This document shows positions 32,552-47,159 of a stretch of 64,000 bases of DNA, in pieces; the first letter of the stretch is position 1; the number at the start of each line of letters is the position of its first letter. Under the pieces are notes generated by a model. The model had not been told where the DNA came from. It was given only the letters and a program-made list of their open reading frames with translations, and made no database searches. This stretch comes from the human T2T-CHM13v2.0 reference genome, Homo sapiens, in NCBI RefSeq assembly GCF_009914755.1, contig NC_060926.1; one strand, 5' to 3'. The position numbers were made by a program, and so were the translations under genes.

Positions 32552-33529
32552 GACACCAGGAGAGTTGGTGATGTAGTTCCAGTCCAAGCCCAAAGGCCTG
32601 AGAACCAGGGAAGTCAATGGTATAAGTCCCAGTTCTAATCCAAAGACCTAAGAACAGGGTAGAGGGTGGGGTGTGGCAGATGGCATGTATCCTGGTCAGA
32701 GTCTGAAGGCCTAAGAAGTGGGAGGCTGATGGTTCAAGTCCCAGTCTAAGTCCGAAGGCCTAAGAACTGGAAGCACTGATGTCTGAGGGCCTGAGAAGAT
32801 GGATATCCAAACTTTAGCTGAGAGAATGAATTCGCCCTTCCTCCGCCTTTTCATTCTATTTGGGTTCTCAACAGATTGGATCATGCCCACCCACATTGGT
32901 GAGGGTATCTTCTTTACTCAGTCTGCTGATCCCGATGCTAATCTCTTCCAGAAACATCCTCACAGACACACCCAGAGAGAATGTTTTACCAGTTAGCTAT
33001 ACATTCTTAAGCCCAGTCAAACTGAGACATAAAATTAACCATCACAGAATGTATGTGTATGTGCATATATATATATATGTGTGTATGTGTGTGTGTGTGT
33101 GTGTGTATGATGATCTAGTTTAATATCTCTGTGCGTGTCTGTGATCTAGTTTAATATCCTACCTATTTTCACTTAACATTTCATGATGAACTTGCTGTTT
33201 CCCCTCTTGGTCCCAGCCCCCTCTTCACACATGTCCAAAATAAGGAAAAGAAGCACAGAATACATCATAAGTCTCAGTGAAGTGATTAATTAGATCAAAG
33301 TCACATTTGATTTGGAAATGTCCTTGTTTCGTCGCTCGTGACTGGTCTCCACATGGGCATGCCATCTTAACACTGTCCACTGAAAAGCACCCTTGTGGGT
33401 TCTGAGGACATTTCAACACCTGGGTGCAATGTGAGAATGAGGGAACATACTCCTCTCCAGGCTGTCTAGAGCTTGACATTGGGACTGACCACACCTTCAT
33501 GGAGAATCTTGGCCTCATCCTTGCAGGCC

Positions 33530-33902
33530 TGACATAGTTTAGTTGTGTCGTACCTAAATCTCAGCTTGAATGGTAACTCCTACAATCTCTATGTGTTGTA
33601 GGAGGGACCCAGTGGGAGGTAATTGAATCATGGGGGCGGTTCTTTCTCATGCTGTTCTCGTGATAGTGAATAAGTCTCATGAGATCTGATGGTTTTATAA
33701 AGAGGAGTTTCCCTGCACAGGTTCTCTCTCTTTGCCTGCCGCCATCTACGTAAGATGTGACTTGCTCCTCCTTGCCTTCTGCCATGATTGTGAGGCCTCC
33801 CCAGCCATGTGCAACTGTAAGTACATTAAACCTCTTTCTTTCGTAAATTGCCCAGTCTTGAGTATATCTTTATTAGCAGCATGAAAATTCTGCTAATAAA
33901 CA
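33530..33902 (+). mobile_element. THE1B-like solo LTR
   Basis: ggagggacccagtgggaggtaattgaatcatggggg...gaggcctccccagccatgtg...attaaacctctttc. Confidence 0.88.
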
Positions 33903-34212
33903 CCTGTATCTCCAAACAAGCTGATAGCTTCAACTGTTATATAAAGTATACACATGCTCAGTGTTGGTGAGAGGGGTTAATCTTTGTCTTCACGAAACAT
34001 TGCTCATTCCTTCAGTGTGTCCTTATGTTGGATTATAGGGAGCTGTGCACAGGAGTCTCTCTTGCTAAGCTGGACCTTTGGGAGCCACAGATGGGAAGCC
34101 GTTTGCCCCTTGCATAAGTTCCCTGATTATTCAATATGTCCCCAGTATACTGTCACTTCAGGAGGCCCTACTTTAGAAGAAACATGGTCTATGATGGTGC
34201 TGTGGATTATCT

Positions 34213-34501
<289 letters not shown>

Positions 34502-34891
34502 TGTTTTTCTTAATGTATAGTTAATTTTGGTTACAGAGCTGGCAGAGACAAATGCCTATTGGCAATAGGATTTAGACCTATTATCTGAGGACGGTTCCTC
34601 AAAGCTCAAAGTGAAGGAAAAAAGAGATAAAAGCAGATCTTTTTTTGCAATTCTGTTCCTTCAGGCCATGAAACTTAAATGTCATCTTTTAGGTAATGGA
34701 GAGCCATGAAAGTCTTTAACCTTAACTCTATGAGGACCTCCTTGGCAACATGTGGCAGATTATATTTTCCAAAGATGGCCATAATGTCTCCCATCCCCCA
34801 TGCTTTTCTGCAATGTGACCTTGTCATTCCCTCATCAAGAGGTGGATTGAATTCTCCCACTGAATCTGGCTGGCCTTAGTGATTCCCATGT

Positions 34892-37459
34892 GAGGTTATC
34901 AGATTTGGTAAATGAAAATGCAAGATGCCCAGTTGAATTTGAATTTCAGATGAACAACAAATGGCATTTGTTCTATATAAGTATGTCTCATTAATATAGT
35001 TCGGATGTTTGTCCCCACCCAAATCTCTTGTTGAATTGTAATCTGCAATGCTGGAGGTGGGGCCTGGTGGGAGGTATTTGGGTCGTGGGGGCAGATCCCT
35101 CATTTCTTGGTGATGTCTTTGTGATAGTGAGTGAGTTCTCAAGAGATGTGGTCATTTAAAAGGGTGTGGCACCTCCCTCCAACTTTCTCTTGCTCTTACT
35201 TTTACCATGTGAAGTGCCTGCTCCTGCTTCATCTTGTGCCATGAATGAAGGTTCCAGAGGCCTCCCCAGAAGCAGATGCCAGAACTATGTTTCCTGTAAA
35301 ATCTCAGAACCCTGAGCCAATCAAACCGTTTTTCCTTATAAGTGACCCAGCCTTAGGTATTTCTTTATAGTAATGCAAGAATGGCTTAATACAGACAATT
35401 GGTACTGGGAGTGGTGCATTGCTATAAAGATACCTGAAAATGTGAAAGCAGCTTTGTAGCTGGGTACCAGGCAGAGGTTGGAAGAATTTAGAGGGCTTAG
35501 AAAAAGACAGGAAGATAAGGATAAGTTTGGGACTTCTTAGAGACTGGTTAAATGGTTGTGACCAAAATGCTGATAGTGATATGGACAGAGAAATCCAGGC
35601 TGACAAGGTCTTAGATGGAAATGAGGAACTTATTGGGAATTGAAGCAAAGGTTGTGCCTGTTATGCCTTAGCAAAGAGCTTGGCTGCATTCTGTTCATGC
35701 CCTAGGAATGTGTGGAAGTTTGAATTAAAGAGAGATGATTTAGGGTATGTGGCAGAGGAAATTTCTAAGGAGCAAAGCATTCAAGAGGTAGCCTGGTGGC
35801 TTCTAACAGCCTATGCTACACTCAAATGTAGGAGCAAGTAAATGACTTAAAGTTGGAACCTATATTTAAAAGGGAGACAGAGCATAGAGAAAATTTGCAG
35901 CCTGATCATGTGGCAGAGAAAGAAAATGCTTTTTCCGGAGGGGAATTCAAGCAGGCTGTGGAGCAACCACTTGCTAGAGAGATTTGCATGACTGAAAAAG
36001 AGCCAAGTGTTAATAGCCAAGACAATGGGAAAAAGGCCTTGAAGGCATTTCAGAGACCTTCAGGCAGCCCCTCCCATCACAGGCTCTGAGGCCTAGGAGG
36101 ACTAAATGGTTCTGAGGGCCAGGCCCAGGGTCCTGCTGTTCTGTGCAGCCTTGGGACACTCCTCTCCACATCCTGGCTGCTCTAGCTCCAGCCTTGGCTC
36201 AAAGGGCCCCAGATACTTCTCATGCTGTCACTTTGGAGAATACAAGTCTCTATAAGCCTTGGTGGCTTCCACATGGTGTTAAGCCTGTGGGTGCACAGAG
36301 TGCAAGAGTGAATGAGGCTTGGCACCCTCTACCTAGATTTCAGAGGATGTATAGAAAAGCCCAGGTGCCCAGTCAGAAGACTACTGCAGGGGCAGAGCCC
36401 CACAGAGAACATCTACTAGGGCAGTGTGGAGGGGAAATGTGGGGTTGGAGCCCCCACACAGTCTACACTGGGGCACTGCCTAGTGGAGTTGTGAGAAGGG
36501 TGCCAATGCCCTCCAGATCCAAGAATGATAGATCCACCAGCAGCTTGCGCATTGTACCTGGAAAAGCTGCAGGCTCTCAACAACCTGTTACAGCAGCTTC
36601 AGGGGCTGGACCCTGTAAAGCCACAGAGGTGGAGCTGCCCAAGGCCTTGAGAGCCCAGCCCTTGCACCAGTGTGCCTTGGATGTGGGACTTGGAGTCAAA
36701 GGAGATTATTTTGGAGCCTTAAGATTTAATGACTGCCCTGCTAGGTTTTGGACTTGCATGGGCCCTGTAGTCCCTTTCTTTTGGCTGATTTCTCCCTTTT
36801 GGAATGGGAGTATTTACACAATGCCTATGCCCCCATTGTATCTTGGAAGTAAATAACTTGTTTTTAATTTTACAGGTTCACAGATGGAAGGGACTTGCCT
36901 TTTCTCAGATGAGAATTTGGACTTTGGACTTTTGAGTTAGTGCTAGAATGAGTTAAGACTTAGGGGAACTATTGGGAAGGCATGATTGTATTTCACAATG
37001 TGAGGACACAAGATTTGGGAGGGGCTGGGGTAGAATGATATATTTTGGATGTCTGTCCCTGCTCAAATCTCATGATGAATTGTAGTCTGCAGTGCTGGAG
37101 GTGGGGCCTGATGGGAGGTATCTGGGTCATGGGGATGGATCCCTCATGACTTGGTGCTGTTTTCAAGATAGTGAGTGAGTTCTTGACACATCTGGTCATT
37201 TAAAAGTGTGTGGCACCTCACCTCCCACTCTCTCTTGCTCCCGCTTTTACCATGAAGTGTCTGCTCCTGCTTCATCTTCTACCATGAGTAAAAGCTTCCT
37301 GAGGCCTCCTCAGATGCTGAGCAGATGCTGGCACCATGTTTCCTATAAAGCTTGCAGAACCATAAGCCAGTTAAACCTCTTTTCTTTGTATTTCTTTGTA
37401 GGAATGCAAGTACAGCCTAATGCACCCATGCAATATTTGTATTTTATCTGGCAACCCTA
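34892..37459. mobile_element. MER53-like hAT element split by the MST insertion
   Basis: aggttatcagatttggtaaatgaaaatgcaagatgcccagttgaatttgaatttcaga ... tgtattttatctggcaacccta (terminal inverted repeats). Confidence 0.7.
34992..37424 (+). mobile_element. Full-length MST (MSTA/B) MaLR element: 5' LTR 34992-35393, internal region, 3' LTR 37036-37424
   Basis: Two homologous LTRs; MaLR internal region (aattggtactgggagtgg...); purine tract tttgggaggggctggggtagaa; TSD ctcat/cccat. Confidence 0.9.
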
Positions 37460-37700
37460 CTGGCATGTAACCAATAGAATGTGGCAGAAGTGATGCACAT
37501 GACTCAAGGATAGATTACAAGAAGCCTTGAGCTTCCGCTTTGATCTGTTAGAACTCTCACTCTCCTGATGCTTCTCTTAGGACACTCTCTCTAGCAGCCA
37601 TTGTATGAGAAGCCAAAACCAGTCAAAGATCTCAGCTGAGTCCAGCCTTCAAGTTATGCCAGCCCAGGCACCAGGCATTTGAGTGAGGAAGCCTCCAGAG

Positions 37701-37903
37701 CAGCCTTTCCAAAAGAACTTTTTACAGTGATGGAAATGTTTAATATCTGTACTGTCCAATATGGTAGACACTAGCCACATGTGACTAGCAAGACTTAAAA
37801 TGTGATCAGTGCCACCTAGTAACTAAATTTTAAATTGCATTTAATTTTAATTCACATTTAAATAGCCACATGTGACTAGTGGCTACTGTACTGGACAGTG
37901 CAG
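37701..37903. mobile_element. MER3 hAT DNA transposon
   Basis: gtgatggaaatgtt...ctgtccaatatggtagacactagccacatgtgacta ... tagccacatgtgactagtggctactgtactggacagtgcag. Confidence 0.8.
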
Positions 37904-38220
37904 TTCTCGATGATTTCAGCACCCAGCCTTTGGAGTCACCCCCTACCTGTTTGCATCTTCCTAGCTGAGGCCCCAGGCACTATGGTGCAGAGAAAAGACA
38001 CCCAAGAGTGCCCTGTTCAAATGCTCAACTCGCAGAATCTGGGAGCATAATAAAATGATTGTTTTATGTTGCTAAGCTTGGGGTGGTTTATTCTGCAGCA
38101 ACAGATAATCAGAACAAGGTGAAATGTGCTAAGAAGAGACTAAGTAGAAGAGTGTTCCAAAATTAAAGGCCCCGGGGCCAGGAAGTGAGTTAATGAAGAG
38201 AACAGGCCTGGGGACTATAG

Positions 38221-38609
<389 letters not shown>

Positions 38610-38677
38610 TTCAAACTATTTTTAACCAGGCTCTACTTGTTACCAGCAGGGAGATCTCAAGCTACTTTTAACTCTCA

Positions 38678-38997
<320 letters not shown>

Positions 38998-39719
38998 TAA
39001 TCCTTAATTTCTTAACCTACAAAGAGGGACTAAAATACCTACACAGGTTGGCTTAACATGTTGTTGGAAGATCAAGTGAGCCTGTGATAGGAGAACACAT
39101 TGTTTGTTCATCACATCAGAATCTACCTCTCTTATACCTGCTCAGTCCTCTACCCTGCAATAGCTTTGAAAACCGGCCATCAAGGCTCTCATTTCACTTG
39201 CAAGAACTCTAGTCTTAGGAGCCAAATTCTTACTACACACACATTGATCTTGAATTGAGTTGCTCTGGAAAATTTTCAACTGCATCAGAAAAATCAACAT
39301 TTTTGGGGCACAATTTAGATGAAAACTCACTGTTAAAAGAAATTCCATTGTTTTTCTGTGGATTCTGTGTGCTCAGTTTCTGTGACACCTTCAACTCTGT
39401 GTACTTGGCTAAAGCTGGTTTCCAATAACAGTCATCCAGGTGGTCTTGGGAGGCAAAGCCCACTTGTCTGGATGGACTTGCTTCAGGGACTGGGCATCTG
39501 TGTTTTGGGTCTCAATGCCCTCTTAGATTTTGGGAGCATCAAGGGAATTGTTGCTTGAAACTGAATTCTGGCTGAGAAAGAGGAGTGAGCTCATGCGTAA
39601 TATCTAGGGAAAAACATGTGAAATGTGTATAGTCAATACACACTAGACATTAGGAAGAATGATTTCAAAAAAGGTCAGGAGAAAGATAAATAGCCAAAGG
39701 CATGATCCCATGTTTGAAC

Positions 39720-39870
39720 GGAAAGAGTGGAGACTTTAGAATGAGGCAGCCTTGGGTTTGAACTCTGGTTCTGCCACTTATAGCTTCAGTGATCTCTGAG
39801 ACAGTTTTCTTATCTGTACAAGGGGTATCATACCTACCTCATAGGGTATTGTGAAGAGTAAATTAGGACA
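39720..39870 (+). mobile_element. MIR fragment
   Basis: gggtttgaactctggttctgccactta...ttttcttatctgtacaagggg...cctacctcatagggtattgtga. Confidence 0.65.
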
Positions 39871-40149
39871 CAACAATACAGATATTTAATCATTTAAAAT
39901 AAATATAAAAATATTCAATATACAATAAAATAAATCAAACAGATATTCAATAAATACATAGATATTTGGTAAATACAGATCTCCCTCCAAAGAGAAGGTG
40001 GCTCAGGAAGGCTGGGGGCTCTTGAAGATAAAGTGGGACAACACGGCAGCCAATCATCTTGGTGAGGAAGGAAAAGGCAGGCAGCCAAAGCTGTCAGAAA
40101 TCAAACAGGAATGTGGTTTCACTTTTCCACCTACAAAGAAGCAAAGATG

Positions 40150-40560
40150 AAAACAAGTAAAAATGTCTAGTGTTGAAGATGATTTAGGGGCTTGTGTTCC
40201 CTCACCCTTCTGAGTGGGAAGGTAAATCCCACATACTTCTGGAGGCCAATTTGACAATTTCTTAATATCTTAAAAATCCACCAGTCCTCTTTCTTGAAAT
40301 GAATCTTAAGGGAATAATTAGAAAAGTTAACCAAAAAGAATATTCAAGGGTGCTGTTGATTAATACCAGAAAACTAGAAACAGCCTAAATAAATAACAAT
40401 GATAAATTGGCTAAATAATTGCTTTAACTATATAAGAGAATAATGTAGCCATAAGTGTAGACGATGTAGATCTGTATTTATCGACACAGATTGATATTCA
40501 AAAAATGTAATGTGACAATGCAGGCTAACAAATAATATGAATAATATATATCTAAAAGTA
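40150..40560 (+). mobile_element. Old L1 (L1ME-type) 3' fragment
   Basis: Degenerate L1 3' motifs (ttctggaggccaatttgacaat; aaaactagaaacagcctaaat). Confidence 0.5.
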
Positions 40561-40593
40561 CCTATTTGTTTAATGTGGACCTGGAAATATGCC

Positions 40594-40978
40594 TGCTATG
40601 GTTTGAATGTATCCCCCAAAGTTCATGTGTTAGAAACTTAATCCCTAATGTAGAGGTGTTGAGGGGTGGGATCTTCAAAAGGTGTTTAGGTCATGAAGGT
40701 TCTGTCCTCATGAATGGATTTATGCTATTACCACAGGAGTGGGTTCGTTATTGTTGGAGTGGGTTCCCTATAGAAGGATGAGTTCAATCCCTTTTTGTCT
40801 CTTTCTAACTCTCTCACCTTCCACTATGGGATGATGCAGCAAGAAAACTCTCACCAGATGCCAGCCCTTCAATTTTGTATTTCCCACCCTCCAGAACTGT
40901 GAGCCAATAAATTTCTGTTCATTATAAATTACCCAGTCTGTCGTATTCTGTTATAGCAATATAAAATGGATGAAGACA
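40594..40978 (+). mobile_element. MSTC/D-like solo LTR
   Basis: tgctatggtttgaatgtatcccccaaagttcatgtgttagaaacttaatccc...ataaattacccagtctg...gaagaca; TSD atgcc/atgtc. Confidence 0.85.
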
Positions 40979-41029
40979 ATGTCTATCTTCATATTAATTG
41001 CTTATGATTGGTCGGTGGATAGGATGTGC

Positions 41030-42240
41030 TTTTAATTGATATACAATTCACATACCATAAACTTCACCGCTTTCATGTATACAATTCAGTGTTTTTTAGT
41101 ATATTCATGGAGTTGTGCAATGATCATCACTGTCTCATTCCATTTTCATCCTGAAAGAACATTTTCACAACCTGATAAAGAAACCCCATATCCATTCGTA
41201 GTCACTTCTCTCTCAAGTCCTTGGAAACCACTAACCTACATGCTGTCTCTATAGATTTGCCTATTCTGGACACTTCATGTAAATGGAAGCATACAATATG
41301 TGACCTTTCATGTCTGAGTTCTTTTAACATAATGTCTTCAAGGCACGTCCACATTGTAGCATGTCAGTACTTTATTCCTTTCTATTGCCAAATAATATTA
41401 CATTGCCATATTTTGTTTAGTCATTCATCAGATGATGGACATTTGAGTTGTGTGTACTTTTTGGCTATCATGAATAATGCTCCTATAAACACTTGAATAC
41501 AACTTTTGTGTGAACATATATTTCAATTCTTTTGGGTTTATACTTAGGAGTGGAATTGCAGGATCATATAGTAATTCTATGTTTAATTTTTTGACTAATC
41601 CTCAAACTGTTCTCCATAGTAGTTGTACCATTTTACATTCCCATCAGCAACATATGAGATTTCCAATTTCTCCACATCCTTGCCAACACTTGCCATTTTC
41701 TGTTTTTTTGTTTTTTTTGTTTTTTTGAGATGGAGTCTCATTCTGTCACCCAGGTTGGAGTGCAATGGCGCCATCTCCACTCACTGCAAGCTCTGCCTCC
41801 CAGGTTCACGCCATTCTCCTGCCCCAGCCTCCTGAGTAGCTGGGACTACAGGTGCCTGCCACCACACCTGGCTAATTTTTTTTGTATTTTTAGTAGAGAC
41901 GGGGCTTCACTGTGTTAGCGAGGATAGTCTCGATCTCCTGACCTCATGATCTGCCTGCCTTGGCCTCCCAAAGTGCTGGGATTACAGGCGTGAACCACCG
42001 TGCTTGGCCCATTTTCTGTATTTTTATAATAGCAACCCTGTTAATGGATGATGTAACATGACATCTCACTGTCATTTTGATTTGCATTTCCCTCATGACT
42101 GACAATGAGCATCTTTTCATATCCTTATTGGTCATTTATCTTCTTTGGAGAAATGTCACAATCCTTTGCCAGTTGGTAGGATTTTGATTGTTTTCCTTTT
42201 GCTTTTCTGCATTTCTTATTTGGATGCAACAGCAAGAGTT
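41030..42240 (-). mobile_element. L1MB-type 3' portion
   Basis: Canonical reverse L1 3' region (ccattttacattcccatcagcaaca...ttgatttgcatttccct). Confidence 0.85.
41703..42009 (-). mobile_element. AluY
   Basis: gcaagctc and ttcacgccattc; TSD ccattttctgt. Confidence 0.9.
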
Positions 42241-42274
42241 GCTTGTGTAAGAACAAATAAAAGAACCAGGATAG

Positions 42275-42395
42275 AGCCAGGTGTGGTGGTACATGCCTAT
42301 AGTCCCAGCTACTTGGGATGCTGAGTTGGGAGGATTGCTTGAGCCCAGGAGTTCAAGTTCAGCCTCAGCAATGTAATGAGACCTTGTTTCATTTA
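42275..42395 (+). mobile_element. FLAM_A-like monomer
   Basis: Single diverged monomer. Confidence 0.7.
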
Positions 42396-42472
42396 AATGT
42401 GTGTGTATATATGTATGTATGTGCACAAAAGATTTGACCAGACTTCACAAAAGAAAATATATGAATACCTAA

Positions 42473-42782
<310 letters not shown>

Positions 42783-43205
42783 TCAATAAACATACTAAAA
42801 GGTACTCAACATCATTATTTATCAGAGGAAAGCACATTAAAACCACAATACAATACCACTACCTAACCACTAGAATGACTAGGATTAAAAGATTGACAGA
42901 ACCAACTGTCAATCTTGCTGGCAAGGATGTGGAACAACTGGAATTCTCATACATTGCTGGTAGAAATGTAAAATGTATAACCACTTTGGAAAATAGTTTG
43001 GCAGTTTCTCAGAAAGTTAAGTTAAATATATACTTACAATGGAACCTAGCACTTCTAGGTATTTATCCAAGAGAAATGAAACATACGCCCATGAAAAGAC
43101 TTACGCATGAATGTTCATGGCATTATTTATAGTGGCCCCAATCTGAAAATGACCCAAATGTCTATCAACAGAGGAATGAATAAACAAACTATGGTATAGT
43201 CATAC

Positions 43206-44346
43206 TGTAATTGCCTGACAGGTTCTTCCTGCCCACTGCACAGACAAAACCAAATCACTGAGACCGTTGTATTGTAGTGGAGAAAGGATTTAATTAATAC
43301 AAGGCCACCTAGTGGAAGGACTGGTGTTATCTCTCAAATCAGTCTCCCCAAGGGCTTGGAAGTTAGGGTTTTTAAAGAATAGTTTGGTGGGTGAGGGACT
43401 AGGGAACGAGTGCTGCTGATTGGGTTGAGGATGCAATCATAGGAGTATGGAAAACAGTCCTTGTGCACAGAGTCTGCCTCTGGGTCGGGGGCCACGGACC
43501 AGTTGAGTCATGAGTCACAAGTCCAGGTGGGGTCAGTTGGGTTCCAGAATGGAAAAGTCTGAAAAACATCTCAAAAGACCAATCTTAGGTTCTACAATAG
43601 TGATGTTATCTGTTGGAGCAATTGGAGAAATCACAAATCTTGTGACTTCTGGCCATGTGACTCCTGAGCAGTAAGGAGTTATAGAGACTATACCTACAGC
43701 TGGGCATAATAGCTCATGCCTGTAGTCCCAGCACTCTGGGAGGCTGAGGTGGGAGGATTGCTTGAGCACAGGAGTTTAAGACCAACCTCGGCAACATGAT
43801 GGGATGCCATCTCTACAAAAAATACAAAAATTAGCTGGGTGTGGTAGTGCACACCTGTAGTCCCAGCTACTCAGGAGGCTGAGGTAGGGGGATCACTTGA
43901 GTCTGGGAGGTTGAGGCTGCAGTGAGTTGTGATGGCACCACTGCACTGCAGCCTGGGGGACAGAGTGACACCTGGTTTCAAAAAAGAAAGGAAAAGAAAG
44001 GAAGGAAAGGGGAGTGGAAGGGAGAGGTGGAGGCGGGGAAGAGGAAGGGGAAGGGGAGGGAAGGGATTACACCTATATTTTAGCAGAGTTCATGTCTCCT
44101 CTCATAATCCTAATCTTATGGCCTTTCATTAGTTTTGGTCCCTGAGCAAGGGGGCAGAGGTTAGTTTTAGGGAGGGACTATTATCGTCTTTGTTTCCAAG
44201 TTAAACTGTAAGCTAAATTCCTCCCATGGTTAGCTTGGCCTGTGCATAGGAATGAGCAAAGATGCCAGCCTGCGAGGCTAAAAGCAAGATGGAGTCAGCT
44301 GTGTTATATTTCTCTCACTATCATAGTCTTTGCAAAGGCAGTTTCA
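43206..44346 (-). mobile_element. ERV1 solo LTR, LTR8 family, with nested AluJ
   Basis: Reverse strand starts tgaaactgcctttgcaaag...gactccatcttgctt and ends ggcaattaca; TSD atac/acac. Confidence 0.8.
43699..44065 (+). mobile_element. AluJ with purine-rich (GGAA/GGA) tail
   Basis: Full dimer; TSD tatacctaca/tacacctata. Confidence 0.88.
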
Positions 44347-45184
44347 ACACAAGGGCTACTACTCAATAATAAAATGAACAAACCGCTGATGCATGCAAGA
44401 ACATAGATACTTCTCAAAAACATCATGCTAAGCAAAGAAAGCCATACACAGAAGAGTATATGCTGTGTGAGTCTATTGACATGAAATTGCCAGAGGCTGG
44501 GGGTGGGAGAAGGAATTAACTGCGAGGAGGCAGTCAAGGGAAATCAGGGGGTGATGGAAATGTTCTCCAACTTGACTGTGATGGAGTGAGCATCTAAAAA
44601 CTAATAGAACTGCACAGTAAAAAGGTACATTCAATTGTATGCAAATTATACCTGAGAAAGTTAATTTAAAAAGCAGTAGAAGTAGAGGAGGAAGAGGAGT
44701 AGGGATAGAAATAGCAAGAAGATGAACGGTAGAAGAGGAGGAGGAGAATCAGGAGAAGAAAATTACCATGTAGAAATGATAATACGCTCCCAGTCAATCC
44801 ATCGCCCACGATGTGCCTGTCACTGTTAAGTGCCAGGGAGGGGTATTCTGTAAAAAGTGAAAGACCTGTCCCCTGTCACTAGGAGTTTACAGTCTATTGG
44901 AGAGGTGAAATATTCTTCAGAATCCCAAAGTGTGAGAAATGACAAATCAAATTCATATGCTCCCCCCACTAGGGTTAGTGGGAAATCAGTCTCTGTCATT
45001 GTTTAGGATTTCCTCCCTCCTCCCCCACTTCATCCACCCAGCCCAAGGTGTGCATGTGACGCCCAGGCTTACACTGTCTTAGGGAAGAGGGAAGAGGCCC
45101 CGTCTTCGGTCCAGCATTGGCTGCTTCTCCTCGTGCAATTTGTCCACAGCCCTTCTGATCTCATCCATGCTCATGACTCCTCCT

Positions 45185-45490
45185 CTTTCTTTTTATTTTT
45201 TATTTTTTTTGAGATGGAGTCTCGCTCTGTCGCCCAGGCTGGAGGTCAGGGGCGCGATCTCAGCTCACTGCAAGCTCCGCCTCCGGGTTCACGCCATTCT
45301 CCCGCCTCAGCCTCCCGAGTAGCTGGGACTACAGGCGCCCGCCATCATGCCCAGCTAATTTTTTTGTATTTTTAGTAGAGACGGGGTTTCACCGTGTTAG
45401 CCAGGATGGTCTCGATCTCCTGACCTCGTGATCCGCCCGCCTTGGCCTCCCAAAGTGCTGGGATTACAGGCGTGAGCCACCGCGCCCGGC
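45185..45490 (-). mobile_element. AluY, CpG-rich
   Basis: ccgtgttagccaggatggtctcgatctcc; TSD tgactcctcctc. Confidence 0.92.
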
Positions 45491-45861
45491 TGACTCCTCC
45501 TCCTTCAAACCAAGCTAGGACACTTCTTTGCAGAGGTTCTCAGGCCTCTGCCTCTGGTGCCACAGTCGCTGACCTTCAGGACGTGTCATTCCCAGGGTGC
45601 AGATCCCCGAGTCATGAGGCCTGCAGAAGGCCGATGGCTCACGCACCTCATCCTTCCCTCCACTTTGGCTGCTTCCTTCTGTAGCCTCCTTCCAAGCCAT
45701 CCCACCAGCTCTTTACTCACTTCCTAAAAATAAAGCCTTCACCTCTCTGGGTAGGGGAAACCCATGCCCCAGGACTTGAGGCCTGGCTATCCAATAGGAG
45801 GAGAGGTATAGTTCATTTTTTTCATTATGCGCCTACAGCCCAGAAAACAAGGGGCAGTTAC

Positions 45862-46115
45862 TTTTTCTTTTTTTTGTTGGGCCTCACTTTATCCCCCAGG
45901 CAGTGGTGCAATCTCAGCTCACTGCACCCTCAACTTCTGGGGCTCAAGCGGTCCTCCTACCTCAGTCCCCCAAGTAGCTGGGACTACAGGACATACTACC
46001 ATGCCCAGCTTTGCCATGTTGACCAGGCTGGTCTTGAACTCCTGAGCTCAAGCAATCTGCCCACCTCAGCCTCCCAAAAGTGCTGGGATTACAGGTGTGA
46101 GCGACCGTACCCAGC
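45862..46115 (-). mobile_element. AluJ with deletions
   Basis: Degenerate reverse dimer. Confidence 0.8.
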
Positions 46116-47034
46116 CTGGGGCAATTAGTTTCTTAGCCTGGTTGTTCTATTAGACTGCTGCAGGGGTCTGGTTCTAAAAAGATAGAGGGTGTTGGATGTC
46201 CATTGTGGGTGAGATGGCTCAGAGGGTGATTAGTGCCTGTCAGTTGAGTGTGGTGACCTCGTGAGGGGTGGGGCTGGTGGCAGGGAGCCAGGAGCTCCTG
46301 AAACAGAGGATGCCTCAGTGTCCTGGCACTGTGCCCAGTCTGTCTGGGGCCAGTCTCTCACCAGCTGAAATGTATGTGGTTACAGGAGAAAGGGCACCAC
46401 ACTGGGTGACAGAGCAGCTAGTTTCAGGAGGTGTGAGCCCAAAGAAATCCTGGCTTTGGGGAATTTGAGGGAGGTGGCAGTTTCAGAGAATCTGAAAGTC
46501 AGCCCATAATCCAAAACCAAGGAGAGAAGGCACCAAGCTCCACCCAGCCTCTGGCCACTGGCTAACTCTGAATGGGAAATGGGCCTACTATTTGCTGTGC
46601 ATAACCTGCCCATCCCCCAGGATTTCTAAGAAGTGCTTGGCCTGTGTTTCTTGGTTCTCCTGAGAGCCAGATGTTTAATAATTTGAGTACATTTGAACTT
46701 GAAAATGCAAAAACATCCTTCTAGCTGCATCCTCCTTTTCCTTCCAGGGCCAGAATGATGTAGTGGGAGAACTTGATTCTGAAATCAAATGGAAAGTGCT
46801 TTTGTTTCTGGAGGTTAGAAAAAAAAAATTGTCAAAGAGCCAGGGCCTCATCTCTAAAAAGAAAACGTGAAATGGGCCATGAGTCCTGCTTAATAATTCA
46901 GAGATCAAACAGAGCCAACAAGAAGCTGGAGTGAACGATCAGATATACTCACACCCTTCTCTTTTTATCAGCTTGCAAATATTCTCGTTGGCAGCTGGTT
47001 AGAGAGAAGCAGTCCATCACAAATAAGCTAAACC

Positions 47035-47150
47035 ATGCGTTCATTCACTTATTCAACAAAATCTTCATGACCGCCTCTTATAGCAGACGTCGCTAGTGCT
47101 GGGGATGCAATCCAGAACCAGCATGTGTCCCTCTGCTTCAGGGACCTCAG
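47035..47150 (-). mobile_element. L2 3' fragment
   Basis: ttcattcacttattcaacaaa...gtgctggggatgca. Confidence 0.5.
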
Positions 47151-47159
47151 GATCTATAT

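Larger units (their letters stand above)
34751..38115 (+). mobile_element. MLT1G/H-like LTR hosting MER53, MST and MER3
   Basis: tgtggcagattatattttccaaagatggcc... resumes at accaatagaatgtggcagaagtgatg and ends acagataatcagaaca. Confidence 0.7.

Noticed and set aside
33111-33158. 17-bp direct repeat tgatctagtttaatatc
   Set aside because: Small slippage duplication beside a microsatellite; no sign of function.
36143-36856. Longest ORF (237 aa) as a gene
   Set aside because: Lies within the MST internal region, has a non-ATG start and no recognisable domain; open frames are common in MaLR internal sequence.
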